64,000 nt of DNA from a virus, in IMG/VR virus record IMGVR_UViG_3300044617_000226, positions 14,989 to 78,988 of that record. One strand, 5' to 3'. A model generated the notes under the pieces. It was given only the letters and a program-made list of their open reading frames with translations, was not told where the DNA came from and searched no databases. Both the position numbers and the translations under genes were made by a program. Below are positions 27,193 through 42,100 of this stretch, one piece after another; within the stretch, counting starts at the first letter, position 1; each line of letters opens with the position of its first letter.

Positions 27193-30100
27193 TTAAGTAA
27201 CATCCACTTTTAAGAATCTTGCCCCTGCAGTATCAGCGATCTGCAATGGATCTCCTTGTGTCTCGTTATATATGCCCGGGATAGGGTTCCATACACTAAT
27301 ATAGTTAGATTCTGTCATCTTGTTGTATTCAAGCAAACCAAACACAGTCGTGTATATCGGTATATTTGGACTGATGATCGATCCTAATACGCCTCTTTGT
27401 ACGCTTATTATGTTGGCTTCTTCATCGACATTCAATATCTGCATATATTCACCGTTGACATATAACAATTTACCTTCCAATGAAGTGATGGTTAAATTAT
27501 CGCCGGTTTCTATCCAGATACCTGCTTGTATCGATACGAATGCTCCTTGACCGCTTGAACTCAATATCAGATAATCTTGATCTATATACTGACCCTTAGT
27601 GTCGTTATATACCGTGACTTGTATTAAGTCTAGTCTGTTAGCGATCAACGGTACCTTATGATATCCATATTCTTGAGCAGGAGTTACTGATTCCTGAGTC
27701 ACAGTATTTGTCAACTTTGAAGCATCCCCTACTTTTATAGAAGTGCTATATTCACCTACTGCCTCACGCAACCAAGTTCTTGTCTCTGTGTTTGCGCGGT
27801 ATACATCTGCTTGTCCTGCAACATTGACGATCTGTAGATAAGTCTGTTGATCAGGTGTTGATGAAGGCATCATGCTTGTGATGATGACATCATCGCCGGG
27901 CAATACTTCAGTCAATATGCATACTTCGTTAGCATCATGGAGTTTTAGATTACTGCTTGCAACGCGCTTGCCGTTAACAGTTACCCACAATCTGTCAACA
28001 TTAGTCTGCTCCCACTGTGTGACCTTGATGTTCAAACCACTTTGTACTGACAATGTTTTTGTGACACCGTTTCTAGTCTCAGAGATGCTAAACTTATCAT
28101 CGAGGCTATCGATCTCAACAACCTGTTTGATATAATACTTCTGACCAGCAATGATTTGCGGTATGTTTGTTGGCTTACCAAGATCGATACCATCTTCTGT
28201 GAAGTATACCGGAGTGCCTTCTACTAATCCTGTCACTTTACCAACTGTTATGAACTCGCTATCGCTGGCAGTTGCTGTCTTATTGTACAACACATAACTT
28301 TGATGTAATGAAACATAACCGCCACTCACATAAGTGTTGACATCAGTTAATGGAACTGATGCAGTATATGGTACATCTGCGATATACTCGTACAATGCAA
28401 ATTCGTTAGGACCTAATACATTGATAGTAAACATTTGACCGTTCAACTGTACAGAACCCTGAACTCCTTCGATTCTCACTACATCGTTATCTGATAAGTT
28501 GTGAGGTATGCTTGTAGTTACTGTTGCAGGTATCACTACATTATTGACATATGATATAGGTGATACTTGTTGTCCTGTATATTCATTAGTAAACAAGTAT
28601 TGTCTTTCTGTATCATTGTAAGTAGTCACAGCGATAGTATCTGATATACTTGGAGCCAATGAATTGAACACCAATGTTGATGTTGTATAGTTTACATTAT
28701 ATTCTGTAGGACTTCTTCTTTCGCCATTTACTTCAACGATAGCATTTTGCGGATTATCGCCTTCTAGATTATTGACTAATGTGTATGGTCCAACTGTACC
28801 ATTACCTAAGAACTGCTGTGTCTGAGGTACTGCATATCCATACTGTACAGGTTGTGTCTCACCAAAGAATGAATATGAGATATAATCTGTCTCTGGATCA
28901 TAATGATCTGCAAATACGATCTTAGCATTGATCTGATTATCAGCAGGCATAGCCGCATAGTCTTGTGTGACGAATACTGCTGTTCCTGTAGCACCTGTCA
29001 ATGTCACAGGATTACCAAACTGATCCTTGATAGTGAATGTAGTTGGTGACAACACTTGATCGATATAATAACTTGTCAATGGAGTGATATCCCCGAATAT
29101 AGTATCGCTGAAAGTGACTCTTTGATCAGATGCTAAACCAACTGTGCTGAATACTGTGACGGAGTTATTGACTGCGCTAGTAGCGATAACATAGTTCGCT
29201 AATCCAGGTACTAACTTCTGTCCGTTATAGAATACTGCTGGTTCTGTATAAAACACACCATCAGTATCAACTTGTACGATACCACCACCGTTGTAATCTA
29301 AATTAGTATAATTGCAATCAAGTGAAATCTCATCAAAACCTGTAGTTGTATTGATCTCTATAGGATCGTTGTCAGTATTTGATTTGACTAACTGATCGCC
29401 ATTGCCGATCTCGTAAACATCTATGCGTAATTGCTGTCCTGATGTCAATGGATTGATCAATGTGACAGTCTTGTTATACCAGTTAACTGTATAATCATTG
29501 TTTTCATATAGTGTCACGCTCAAGCCGTCTATCAACAAGAACACATTGATCTGCGCAGGAGTCTGCGTGGCAGAACTGAAATCATATTCGTTTGATGTTT
29601 CTAAATCTAATTCAAGTGATACAACTTTATAACCAACATGTGCATATTCACTTGCTGGCCAGTTAGTGCCAGGTCTTGTGTTTACAGTCATCACTAATTG
29701 ATCTGATACGATGCCAGGAACCATTTCTTCTGGACCATAACCGAACATGAATGGATCACCTTGTACAACATATTCACTCTGTCTTTCTTGGAACACATTA
29801 GTGTTGCTCCAATATACGGGAGTACTTGCTATATCGCCGGTCTGCAATACTGTGTTATTATCTCCGACTATAGTATATTCATTCTTTTCTTGTACATATA
29901 TCACGCTGTTCAAGTTTTCTGTTACACCAGTGGTTACAGTCGTGAAGTTTAATCCATCACTTGATCTCTTTACGACACCGTTGTTTCCTGCAAGAACTAA
30001 TACACCGTTTGCAAAGTATACATCATTGTAAACTATACCTGTCTCTGTTATGTCAGTCCAAGTAGTACCATTAGTACTATAAGAGATTATCTGGTTACCT

Positions 30101-33100
30101 ACAGCATAGATTCTACCAAACGCAGAAGTTACCGCATTGTATGCTCTGTTGAATGTACCTGATACCTGATTCCAATTTAGTCCATCTAGACTTCTATAGA
30201 TTATACCACCTGTTGCTGTGCTACCTACAGTGATGAATCCATTGAATCCTGAAGCCGTAACATAAGAAACATCATTCAAACTATTTGTGGATACTACAGC
30301 AGGCAATCTTGCTTGCCAGTTTACTAAATCAGTACTTGTGACAATATTTGGATTTACTGCTATCCATAAACCATTGTGATAAGTTACTGCCTTGAATGCC
30401 TGATTTGCGGAGATCATCTTTATCTTGAAGAAATCGATCAAATTCGCACTAGTACCAAACGGTATATAGAATGAATCTGTTCTCCATGTCATTTGATCAT
30501 CACTAGTGAATAATGGAATCGCGCTATTTGATGATGTCATAACATAATTGTTATCTTGCTTGACGATATCAGTTATAGATAAAGTCTCGTCTGCCAATTT
30601 GAACAATGACCAATCATTTTGTATCTCAATGTCAGCGATCACACCTGAGTAATTAGGTAGATTTGCAGGTGCTACATAATTCGTACCATCAAATGTTATA
30701 GCAGGTATGTTTACATTAGTTGCATTGAATGATTGATTGATGAGTTGTGTATCTAGTGGATACTGCTCATCAGGATTGAATTCATTGCCCTTGTATGTAG
30801 TGTTAGGATAGACCAATCCAGTGAACAACTGTGTCAAATCACGACCAGGCATGTTGATGCTAGGTGCATACCAACCTTCTGCTCTGTCAAGTGCATTCAA
30901 TCTGCGATCACCTGCGTTCAATTCTTCCCACTTACCAAACACGAATGTTGGATCATTGTTTGATACTACGCAGATATAGACTCTATTATTGTATCTAACA
31001 ATGCTTGGATCGAAATAGAACGGTTCTGGCAACGTCATGAATGAGCCTGCTCTTGCTACAGTCATATTTGTGAGTTGTCCGCTTATTATAGTTAGCGGTG
31101 CGCCGCCCGGGTTAGTTGTGATAGTTATAGTGTTTAATAATGGCGTGTCAACCGTCTTCACATAGTAAACAACACCCATCTCTATTTCTGTCGGTAATGT
31201 TGTTCCAGTAAAGACGACTGGATCATTGACTGAGAATCCTGCAGTGCTTGTCACTACTATAGCGTTACCTGAAGTAGTGCTAGATGATGTAGTCAATGTA
31301 TAACCATTATATGTGAAATCATCCCCGCTGACTGGTACTTGGAACAACGGATCATTATAAACTTCTAATGTGTTCGCGTTGATTACCTTCAAGTAGTATT
31401 CAGCAGTTTCACCTATAGGTGTTCCTTCAGTAATTAACTTAGTGATAGCACCGTCACTAGTGACCGGCAATGACCAACTATATGCGCCTGGCACTATAGG
31501 ATTGATTCTTGATACAGTCAAAGTCAAATCGTTTGTTGGGCTAGTTCCGCCTAAATCATTACCTAGTATAGTGATAGTATTATTCTGAGTGAATCCTAGA
31601 CCACCTGAACCTATCAATACATTATATCCGCCTAGAACATAACCAATATCGAATATAGGATCTGCTATGATCTCTTGTGTCATAGTGACATTGCCTGATT
31701 CATCATTCAATATAACTGTTGCTTGTCCTGTGCCTGTTTGTGCGACATTGTTGCAAGTAAAGTTTGCAACATAGGCATCGCCAGTACCTGAACCAATTCC
31801 TGTAGCTACGAATATTACATCAATCTCATTTGCTTCTGCACCTATAGCGGTGAAATCAGTATTACCTAAACTGTTGATGATATAAGTATTTCCGATTACG
31901 AACGACCCAGCATTAACTAATGTTGAACCAACATCGTCCCAGTTACCTGTACCTACTTGCTTGATCTGATAATCTTTGTTGAATACTAGATCGCCCATGT
32001 TTTGATAAACTTTGAACGATGCGCTGCCTTTAGCAGTCAATGATCCTGCGCCTGTGACTAGGTTCAATGCGCCTTGATTCTTTTGCTCAGAGATAGTGAA
32101 TGTTGAGCCATTAATGATATGTCTCACATAATAATCCGTATCCAGTTCTAATCCACCGAATACTAGACCACCTGTGAATGTGAATGGCATACCTACATAT
32201 ATGTTATCTGTGTTATAATCTGATGACAATGTTACTATGCCATTATCTGCGGCTAGGTCTGTTCCTAATGTTGATGGTAGATATGGTTTGTTTATGATAT
32301 AGTCACCGTTTCCACCTGGACCTGACAAGATATAAGTATTATCTTCTATCTCTGTTCCCGTGAACACACTTCCTGGATATAGATTTCCACCACTGATGTT
32401 AGATACTGACATCACATTTCCATTAAATGTAGCATCGAAAGTTACAATACTATCTGTGCTTAATGTACATACGAATGGGATCTTACCCACATCATAAGCA
32501 TAGTAAGTATTATTAGTTTCTAACTCACCTATGTTATCGCTAACTGTGAATGAGAATCCATTATAAAGTTGGCTAGTGTTTCCAGTTATTGCTACTGTGT
32601 TATCTACCAATGTCTGTTCTATAGTCTTGGTCGCAAGATTACCATAAATCAGTTTAGATCCCGTAATATCAGCATAATTGTTTGATGATGGGTAGAAAGT
32701 GAACTTCTGACCATTCACTTGACCAGGGCTTACTGGTAATGATATATTGACTATCATGCTACCGCTAGCCGCTGATAGATCAACGACTTGTGATTGACTT
32801 GTGATGAAGCAATAGTTACCAGAACCTGCTGTCTGAGTAGTGGTTGTGAATACTGCTCCGCCCGGTGTAGTGCTGATAGTGATCGTGTTGTTTACACCGA
32901 TCTCCTTGACATAGTAAATCGTCTTAGGACTGATTCCACCAAAACTAGTTACCGCTATATTATCGACATACATCGTGTCAAATACTATAGCATCTCCTAC
33001 TTCTAATCCATTAGTAGTCTCGACACCAATATTGCCGAATGCGTCAGTAGCAGTAACTCTGATATATGTTGAATCTGTGTTCTCGCTAATAGTAAATGAC

Positions 33101-36100
33101 TCAGCACTTAGTACCGATACTACATAATAAATCTTGTTTTCTTCGATACCGCCGAACACATCACCTGTGAACACTACTGGTGCATTTAAGTATAGACCAG
33201 TCGCGCCACCTGTACCTATAGGATTCAATGGGACGATCACAGTATTGTTGCTTGAGTTAGTACCTGTGACTGTTCTAATACCAGGATATGCTGTAGTGAT
33301 TCTGGCAGCATTAGTGACCTTGGCAGTATAGCATTTCATATCTGCAGGACCTGACGGACCTAATACTAATGGTGCACCATCAGGTGTTGCGCTGACAAAG
33401 AATCTTGTTAGACTTGTGATAGAACTCACATAATAGACAGTATTCGCTGATAGACCACCGCTAGCACTAGAGAACTTCACTGGCATATTGACTGTCATGC
33501 CTAATGTAGAACCTGAAGGATTGCTTATGCTTGGTTCTACTGCAAGTTCTATACCTAACGGACCGGTGCTTGCTACTCTTCTTTCAAATCCTGACCATAC
33601 AACACCTGCGCTATCTGAAGTAGTGATCGTTGTAGGATTATTAGACACCGAGATGATTGGGAATACGGTCCCGCCTGCGCTTGACAATATGTTATTGATA
33701 TCTGGCTGTGTGCTTGACATCAACATGCTTGAGCCAGAACTATCTTGGTAATAACCTACGAATTCGCTAGCATAGAATGAGTTTGGAGCCCAGTCTGTGA
33801 TTTGAGTATCATAACTTGTTCTATCAAATTTGATAGTGATATTGTTTTCTCTTACAGGACTACTTGATGTTACTGCTAATGCTCTAGCACCAACCTTGAA
33901 ACTCTGCGTGCCTGAACCTTGAGAAGAATACTCAACTCTGTTTTTATCTTCTATAGCATCTAGGTAACTATCATATAGTGCTATGATTGTGACTGGACTT
34001 GAATCTAATACATTGATATAGTAATATTCATTGTCAGCGAGGTTACCTATGTTAGTAGTACCTTCTACATATCTTACCATATCACCAGTAACGAATGTAG
34101 GTGCATCCAATGTTATAGTGTTTGTTTCTATGTTGACATTACCACTAGCAAATGTATATGTGGCTGCTTCTTCGATCACAATATCAGGTGTTACTGCATA
34201 TCCTTCACCTGGATTTATGATGTTGATCGTAGATACTTTGTCAAGGCTCATAGTAACTTCTAACTGAGCCTGAACTCTTGGTTCTGGATATATACTTGTA
34301 TCTATGATCGCCAATGCTCTTGGTGGGTTAGCATAGTTCTTACCGCCATCCAACACTATGACAGGAGGTAAATCCATGTATACATTAGTGCCAGGCAAGT
34401 GTACTGCTACAGTTGTCTGGTTTATACCTCTCGTTAATCCTGATAGTTCGCCGGTAGCTCTGTTCACGCTAGCATAACTTATCAATTCATCGTTGATCTT
34501 GATAGTACCGTTGATTGGATATCCTTGAGCATTATCAACAATGATAGAATTGCTTACCAAAGTAACATAAGATAACAATTCGCCCATGAGATAATCTGGT
34601 TGACCTGTGAGGCTTAATCCATAATTGTTAAACCATTCTTTATATTTTTCAGTCTTCCATATTGGGCTGTCTGGTAAGAATTCGTATTCTGTATCAGCAT
34701 TGTTGTAAACTAATTGTGGGCTTACAAACTTATCTATGTTAGTATCATATTCTGCAGGAACATCAAAGTCTGTGATAGTACCTGGATATACATCGCCACC
34801 TGTGTAATCAAACAAGAATTCTTTGATAACCACATGATATGGCTTAGTCTCATTGACATAGCCACTTAAGAACTCTTGATTGTCTGATATGAAATTCTGC
34901 AATGGTTTCAATTCACGAATCTTATGTGAGACATCTACTAATGATGTCTTGTTTAGCCATGGCAGATAATTTTGATTTTCAATAGTCTCTTCTTGGATGT
35001 ATTCAAACATCAATATGAGGCTCTTGTTTCTATGAATCAACAATTCATCAGTATAAATCTGTTCGTTCAATGATCTAATGATCCAGCGTGTAGGCTGACT
35101 TGGGAACACATCATAACTGTCTGTATCGTAGAATGTGCCACCGAATCCAAATCCACCTGCATCATAGTCATATAGTTCAGATTTAAATCTGATAGTGCCG
35201 TTTTCAAGGCCTATTCTAGTCCAAACATTGTCACCATCATAAATATAAGTTTCACTTAAACCTAAACCGTTCTTAGATACTGTTACTATAGTACCTGCCG
35301 CAACATTCAATGTTGATAGATCGGCGTATACAGGCACTTGCAATACTGATCGTGTGTTGTTGTCAAAGCCGACTGCCCACCAGTTTACATATTCCCAGTA
35401 ATCTGCTGTGTCATAATATGTGCCTGATTCGAATAAGAAATCAAATGAACGAATCTCGGCTATAGGATATTGCTCCATTATGCTGTTAGCATACTGCAAG
35501 TAATTCTTTAATGCCGCGAATCTGTCATAGAAGAAAGTCTGTCTTGGTCTTGCTAATACACCTGACTGTACAGCCTTAGGTAAGAACGGATCAGGTACTG
35601 AGTTGCCTGATTCATCTACACCGCTGAAACTATCTAAGAATCTATCATATAATGATTCTGGTTGTGTGATACCAAATGAGCCGGGTACGCCAGGCAAGAA
35701 ATCATCAGCAAAGTTGCTTCTAATCAAATCAAACTGCTGGTGTGCTGGATTGTTTTCTTGACCTGTAGTGAATCCAACATGCAATACACTACTGTTAGCG
35801 TTGATGAACGGTTTGCAATTATAGATAGCAAATATGTTTGTTGACAATGTGGCAAGATAACTTATACCGGAACCTTGTGGGTTGCTGATATAGTTGGCGA
35901 TATTGATATCTGCTAGATTTTTGTTAGATGCTATCACCCCAGTATTTCTAGCCCAGAAATAGTACACAGGAACAACAGTGTTATTTGAATTTAATGCTGT
36001 TTGTACTGTGAATCTTGATATATCTTTTGGTATGCCAGGACCTTGATATGCTGTAGGAGGTACAGTACTTGCTACCCATGTGCATACTGCAACATCACTG

Positions 36101-39100
36101 CCTGGGAACAATTGTCCCCAATATCTTGCATTATATTCATTATCATTTTGATGATAGTTTAAGAATCTAATGTTAGTTGTGTCGAACCATATCTTACCAA
36201 CTTGATCTGCACCCCATACTAAGTTAGGTGCTACTGCGTTAGTATTGTTATAACCTGCAGGATCAATGTTGCTGATATAATCTATGTTTTGTCTTACAGC
36301 ACCTAAGATTTTGCCTTGTAATGGGTCGATATAATCTAGGTTTATTAAAGTATTATTAGTCTCGGCGTCGAATATCTGTAGATTCTCAACACGGTCGATA
36401 TCAACGACCGGGCTAGTTTGTCTAAACACTGTCCAGTTTTGTTCACCTACATTGTTGATGTAAGTCACTACTTGACCATCTATCACAGTAGGTCTGAAAC
36501 CAGGCGCACCGATCACAATTCTATCTTCGTTCCAGTCTAACGCATAACCATAAGTTGGTTGTGCGCCGTATACTAGATTCTTAGCATTAACACTTTGACC
36601 ATATGTATATGATCCTATGTTGTTCAACGATTCGTTGTAATTGCCTAGATAATCGAAAATGTATACTGCGCCAGCATTGTCGAATACATCAGTAAATTGT
36701 GTTGAGTTGTTATCAAAGATAGTATCGTTGTCGTTTATATTGTCATCAACGAAATCAAAAGTAGTTAATGTATATCTGTCACCTACTGGTGCGCTTACTG
36801 CTACACTGTTGAATTCATTGAATTTAACTGTCGTACCAAACTGGCTAGCACCCACTGGATGTGGGCAACTTATGATTTGAGTTTGAGTGTAAAGTTTTAA
36901 TCCAAGTTCAGTTAATGTGACTGGATTATTAGTTGATACTAACAACTCTTGATTGATATTTGCAAGATTTTGATTTGCTAGTGTGATCACTAATCTGTTT
37001 TCTTGAGCCGATGCGATAATATTAGGTACATTGGCTGTGTTGATTGCTGTCGCCGCTACAGTAGCATTACCTGCAGGTATAGTGACTAAGAAACCATTTA
37101 TCAATATTTGTCTGGTTGCAGTAACATCGACTTCTTCGACACCTATCACAGTGCCGAATCTCGCGCCACCACAAGTATATCTAAACACAGCACCTTCTGC
37201 GTTAGTTGCGCTCAAGTAGAAAGGAGCACCTACTAATATCTCAGTACCGAAATTGTTAGCATCTAGGCTATATCCAAACTGTACACCTATTCTTGGTGTC
37301 TGCTCGTTAGTCAATGTTTGTACTAATACAAATTCATTGCCGCCGATAGTTAATATATCACCGTAATCAAACTCGCCACTATATGTGAAAGTAGTACCTG
37401 ATACTGAGTATAATGAAGTGTCTACTAATATACCATTCTTAGTTACTGTCAATGGTAATAGAGGATTTGGGCTCCATATCAAAGTGAATGTAGCAGGAGT
37501 ATCTTCATCGTATGCTTGATTGATCTCAATGTTTTGTACCAATCTGTCATAGATATAACTGTTACCATAATTTGCTAATGCACCTTCATCAACATTTGGT
37601 GCGCCGACAACTAATGTTGTACCATAATGATTTGTACTAATTGAGTGGCCGAACTTATCAACAACTGTTGAAGGGCCGTTTATAGTAGTCATGTACTGAT
37701 AATCACACTGTGTAGCAGAACCAGTACCTGAGCCAACTCCAGTGGCTCTGAAGTATATACCTACTTCGTTTGATACTGCGCCTATCGATGTAAATTGAGG
37801 GTTGCTTCCTAATGAAGTTATTTGATATGTGGCTCCAGATACAAAACTTCCAGCATTTGTTTCTACATTTCTTCTACGATAAACATGAACCTTGTTTCTT
37901 GCAACAGGTGTTGTTTCATTATAATCGCTGATGTATAACCAATTCAAATCACCAGACAATGCTAGACTGCTACCGAAATTAGTTGAACCTGATGTTGCTG
38001 ATTCTGATGAAGCAGATATCAACTGATACAACTCTAATTCGTCACTTACTGTTGTGTTGTTTAATGTATAAATCTCTACCTTAGGGCTTGTAGTAGGTTG
38101 GCTGATGACATACAAATTGTCTTGATGTATGACCGCTGTACCAAAACTTGCACTGCCTGATAATGTTTCGGTATTTGTATATTCATTTGTGATGACATCT
38201 AGGCTATATCTGTAAACATCGCCTTCACCGCTATCAGCGAATAGATAACCAACATCTGAATCATATGCCACTGCATTACCGAAATTGATACTGCTTGGCT
38301 GATAATATTCATTATCATACAGATAATTGATGCTCTTCAAATATACTGCCCAGCTACCGTCAGTATTAGTATCTACCCAAACTTTGTTCTTGACGAATTC
38401 TGTGTCAGTCAATGGTAGTGAGTTCACATCGCCGGGTTGTTCTACTCGTTGTGTGCCAAATTTCAATCCTATACCTTGACCAGTCAATATTTTAGTTGAT
38501 CCTGGCAATGATAGTGTGATTAATATCTGTCTAGGATTGATGATAGTATTCGCTACAAAGTATCCGTTCACCGCAGTATCAAAGTTGATGATAGCAAAGA
38601 TATCATACTGTGATAGATTATGTTCTTCTTTGAATGTTACCGTGCAAGTACCGTTTAAGTTGCTACGAACTTGTAATACTTGTCCAACGCTAGTAGGAGT
38701 CAATACTTGCCAGTTTGACTGATAATCAGCGATCCATATAAAATCATTGACATAAAGATTACCTAACGGTACGACTATGCCATTTTTATCTACAGCAGTC
38801 GGTAAATTGCTGTAGAAGTATGCTGACATCTTGACATCATCGATGTTTACATATCCTGCGTTTGGATATACTCTGTTAGGTGTATCTAACGCTAAAGTAG
38901 GTAATATGTAAGGGGTCGTTATCGGTCTACCATAGTTATATAAACTGTATAGAGGAACTAATTGTTGTGCATCAGGCACATCATTACCATTAGTCAATCC
39001 TATGATACCTGGATTACCGGTTAACTGACTCTCATTCAATTTGAATTCAATGAAATTATCGTTTAGTGTACCACCGAATGTACCTTGCAATATAGCCCAG

Positions 39101-42100
39101 TTTTCATAGACATCGTAATCGATACCGCCCTGAGGCAAGTTTGCGCCCTTGAATGCTTTGACAGAATTCAAAGTACCTTTTTCTTTGATTAGGTTCTTAT
39201 AAACATTGACCTGAGTGATGTCTGTCAAGTCTGCGCTTGCCATGTATTCTCTTGGTCTGAAACCGATCAAACTAAATGATAACAGATCGGCATCTGTCTC
39301 TAAATTGGCTGAATCACTGTTATAGTACAATGCGCTTTCGAAACTGCGTGTGCTACTGTTAGGCAACAATCCTTTTTGTATCTCATCATAATCAGTTACC
39401 TTCCACTGATTCTGATTGAACTTAGGATTAGGCTGAATTATCTCTAGTGCTGTGAAATATTTGTTCTTGTACTTGACGATCTCGCCCTTAGTATATTTGA
39501 GATCACCAGTCCATTCTTGTATATTATCCTGATTGTATATGAAGCCGCTAGCAAACACAGTGCCGTTCCACTCTGCGCTCTTAGTTCCGCGAACAAATAT
39601 ACGGCTCTGTCTCAAACCTGATACTAGATTATAGATCACATCATTGAACAATGTCTCGTTCTGGAACACGATACCATGTTCGATGTTGCTTAGATTGAAT
39701 TGTCCATAACCTATAGCGTCGCCCTCGTTCAATGGTTTGATAGAAAAATATGTTGAATCTCTTTCAATACACAAATCTTTATTTTGTATTGGATATAAAT
39801 TATTATTCAACACAAAATTTGTTTGATTGTAAGTCAACGGTTGAACAATATAATTTTCTTTATCGATTGATAACTTCTTGGCAGAAGGATTTAATGTTAT
39901 CACGCTACCTGAAGTGAATCCTATCTGTGTCCAATATAGGAACTCAGCAGCCATCTGATTCCAGTTGATTACGACATCTTGTATTTGATCATCAAATATT
40001 GCACCTCTGCTAGTTAACCATGCACCATAATCGATCAAGAATTGACATACATCATTTATTGTATAATAAGTCGTTCCATATGGTACTAATATTTCAGACT
40101 GATAATGATCTATTGCGACCTGCACAGTCAAATCTTGTACTGTGATTTTGTCTTTAGGTCCGCTGATGATAGGACGCAATGTTCTGAAATAGGCGCTGTT
40201 CTGACTATTGCCGAATACAGAATATCCGTTAGTAGTTTTTTGTACGACTACTCCAGAATATACAAGTTTGAAACTTGGTTGATTTTCATACAACAACACC
40301 TGATAACTTTCATCAGGAATCATCAAACTACTGTTATTTGAGCCCGGTGTGCCTTTTTCAACAAAGAACTTCAACAAGGCTTTATCACTAAAGCCTGCAA
40401 GTCTGTGTACTAGTCTTACATCAAGGTTGTTGAGCAACTTAGTGATATTATCAGTAGCATTTATACCTAATTGTTTTGTATAATCTACTATCCAATTGAT
40501 ATAACTCGTCTTTGCTGTGCCATTACCATATATCTGAATCTGATTTGGAACGAGGTGAGTTCTACCATTCACTAAGAATTGGTTGAATTCTGCATCGTAT
40601 TTGTAATTGTCTAGGTCAACACCTAAGTTATAAAAGTCTGCTGGCTTCAATAATGATTGCAAGCGCATCAAGTCGAATGGATATGTAGAACTCTTTCTAT
40701 ATGAGAATTCTACGGGAGCATCATCACCTACAATCCAATCACGCTTGAATGTCAATTGATTGTAATTTGCGATCAATGTTTCTAGTGGTGCTTTAAGATT
40801 TCCTTGATCATCTACTGGGATGATGTTCAGCAATCCAGGTCTTGCATACAATGGTCTTACTACAGGGTTGCCGCCGTTATAGTCTATACCATCCTGTAAA
40901 TCATTCCATAATATCAAGTTTTGATTTGTCCATGGTGCGGGACCATAACGATCTACCCACCAGTCAGGTTGAATAGCATAACCGATCATTGCCCATGGCG
41001 TCAAGTTTGGAGTAGAAGTATCATATACATACTGGTATATGCCTCTCCAATTGCCTTGCAATACTAAACTATTATCAAGTTTTAATGTGCTTTCTCTATA
41101 GTTGTAAGTATACTCATCGGTCGATCTATATAATTGAGTCTTGTAATCTAATCTGTTCTGTCCTACCCAATCAAGGAAATTTTTGCTATAAATTTCTGTG
41201 TATTCGACATAACTCAATGTGTTAGTTCTGAAATAACCAGGAGTAGTCAATGCAAGATCGATAGGTAATGATCTGCTTAATTTAATATTATTGTAAACTC
41301 TAGTCTCATATTCAAGCAATGCTTGATCTCTAAAGTCTAATGGCATTCCATATACTTCGCTATATTCTCCGTATAGTTTATTATATGAACCATCGTGTCC
41401 TTGTATGAAATAAGTAGGCTCAGAGTAAGTATCGTCTATCAATACTTTTGGTGTATATAGAGGATATAAGCCTAACTTAGATGGTGTGTTTGGTATATAA
41501 GAACCATAAGTCTGATTATACTCTTTAACGATGATGCTATCGTTCGCCTGCAAGAATACATTCACTCTAACGCTTGGGCTATCTGTGCTGACCACATATT
41601 CTGTGCCGCGCAACAACTGTTTTATGACTGATACTCCATTTATCTTTCTAGAAAGATAAACTAACACACCGTCATAATTTGCAGTAGTAAAATCATAAAT
41701 CTTGCTTAATGGGAAGTTGCTTACTTCTGCTTGGTTAGCAAAATTATAACTATTGGTTGCGAACGGTGCCTTGCTTGGTATCATGTCTGACCAGAAGAAA
41801 GGTTGTTCTTGATTCTTTACACTTGTAATAATATCGATGGCTTCGTCAAGCAACATTGCAGGATCGAATTTTTGATCTGCCGCTATCTGATTTACTGTAT
41901 CAACTAACAAATTCTTAAACTTGATGTATTCTCTGCTGTTGAATAGTAATGCATCTGATAGATTATATTGAGGATCGCGCAAGAATGCGCCGGGTAATAC
42001 AAGGCTCGCGCTATTCTGTATGATCGCTGTTCCCCATGGTACTAAGTTTCCTAGATCACGGAAGTTGTTAGGACCGAATACAGGACCTGTAGTATCAGGG

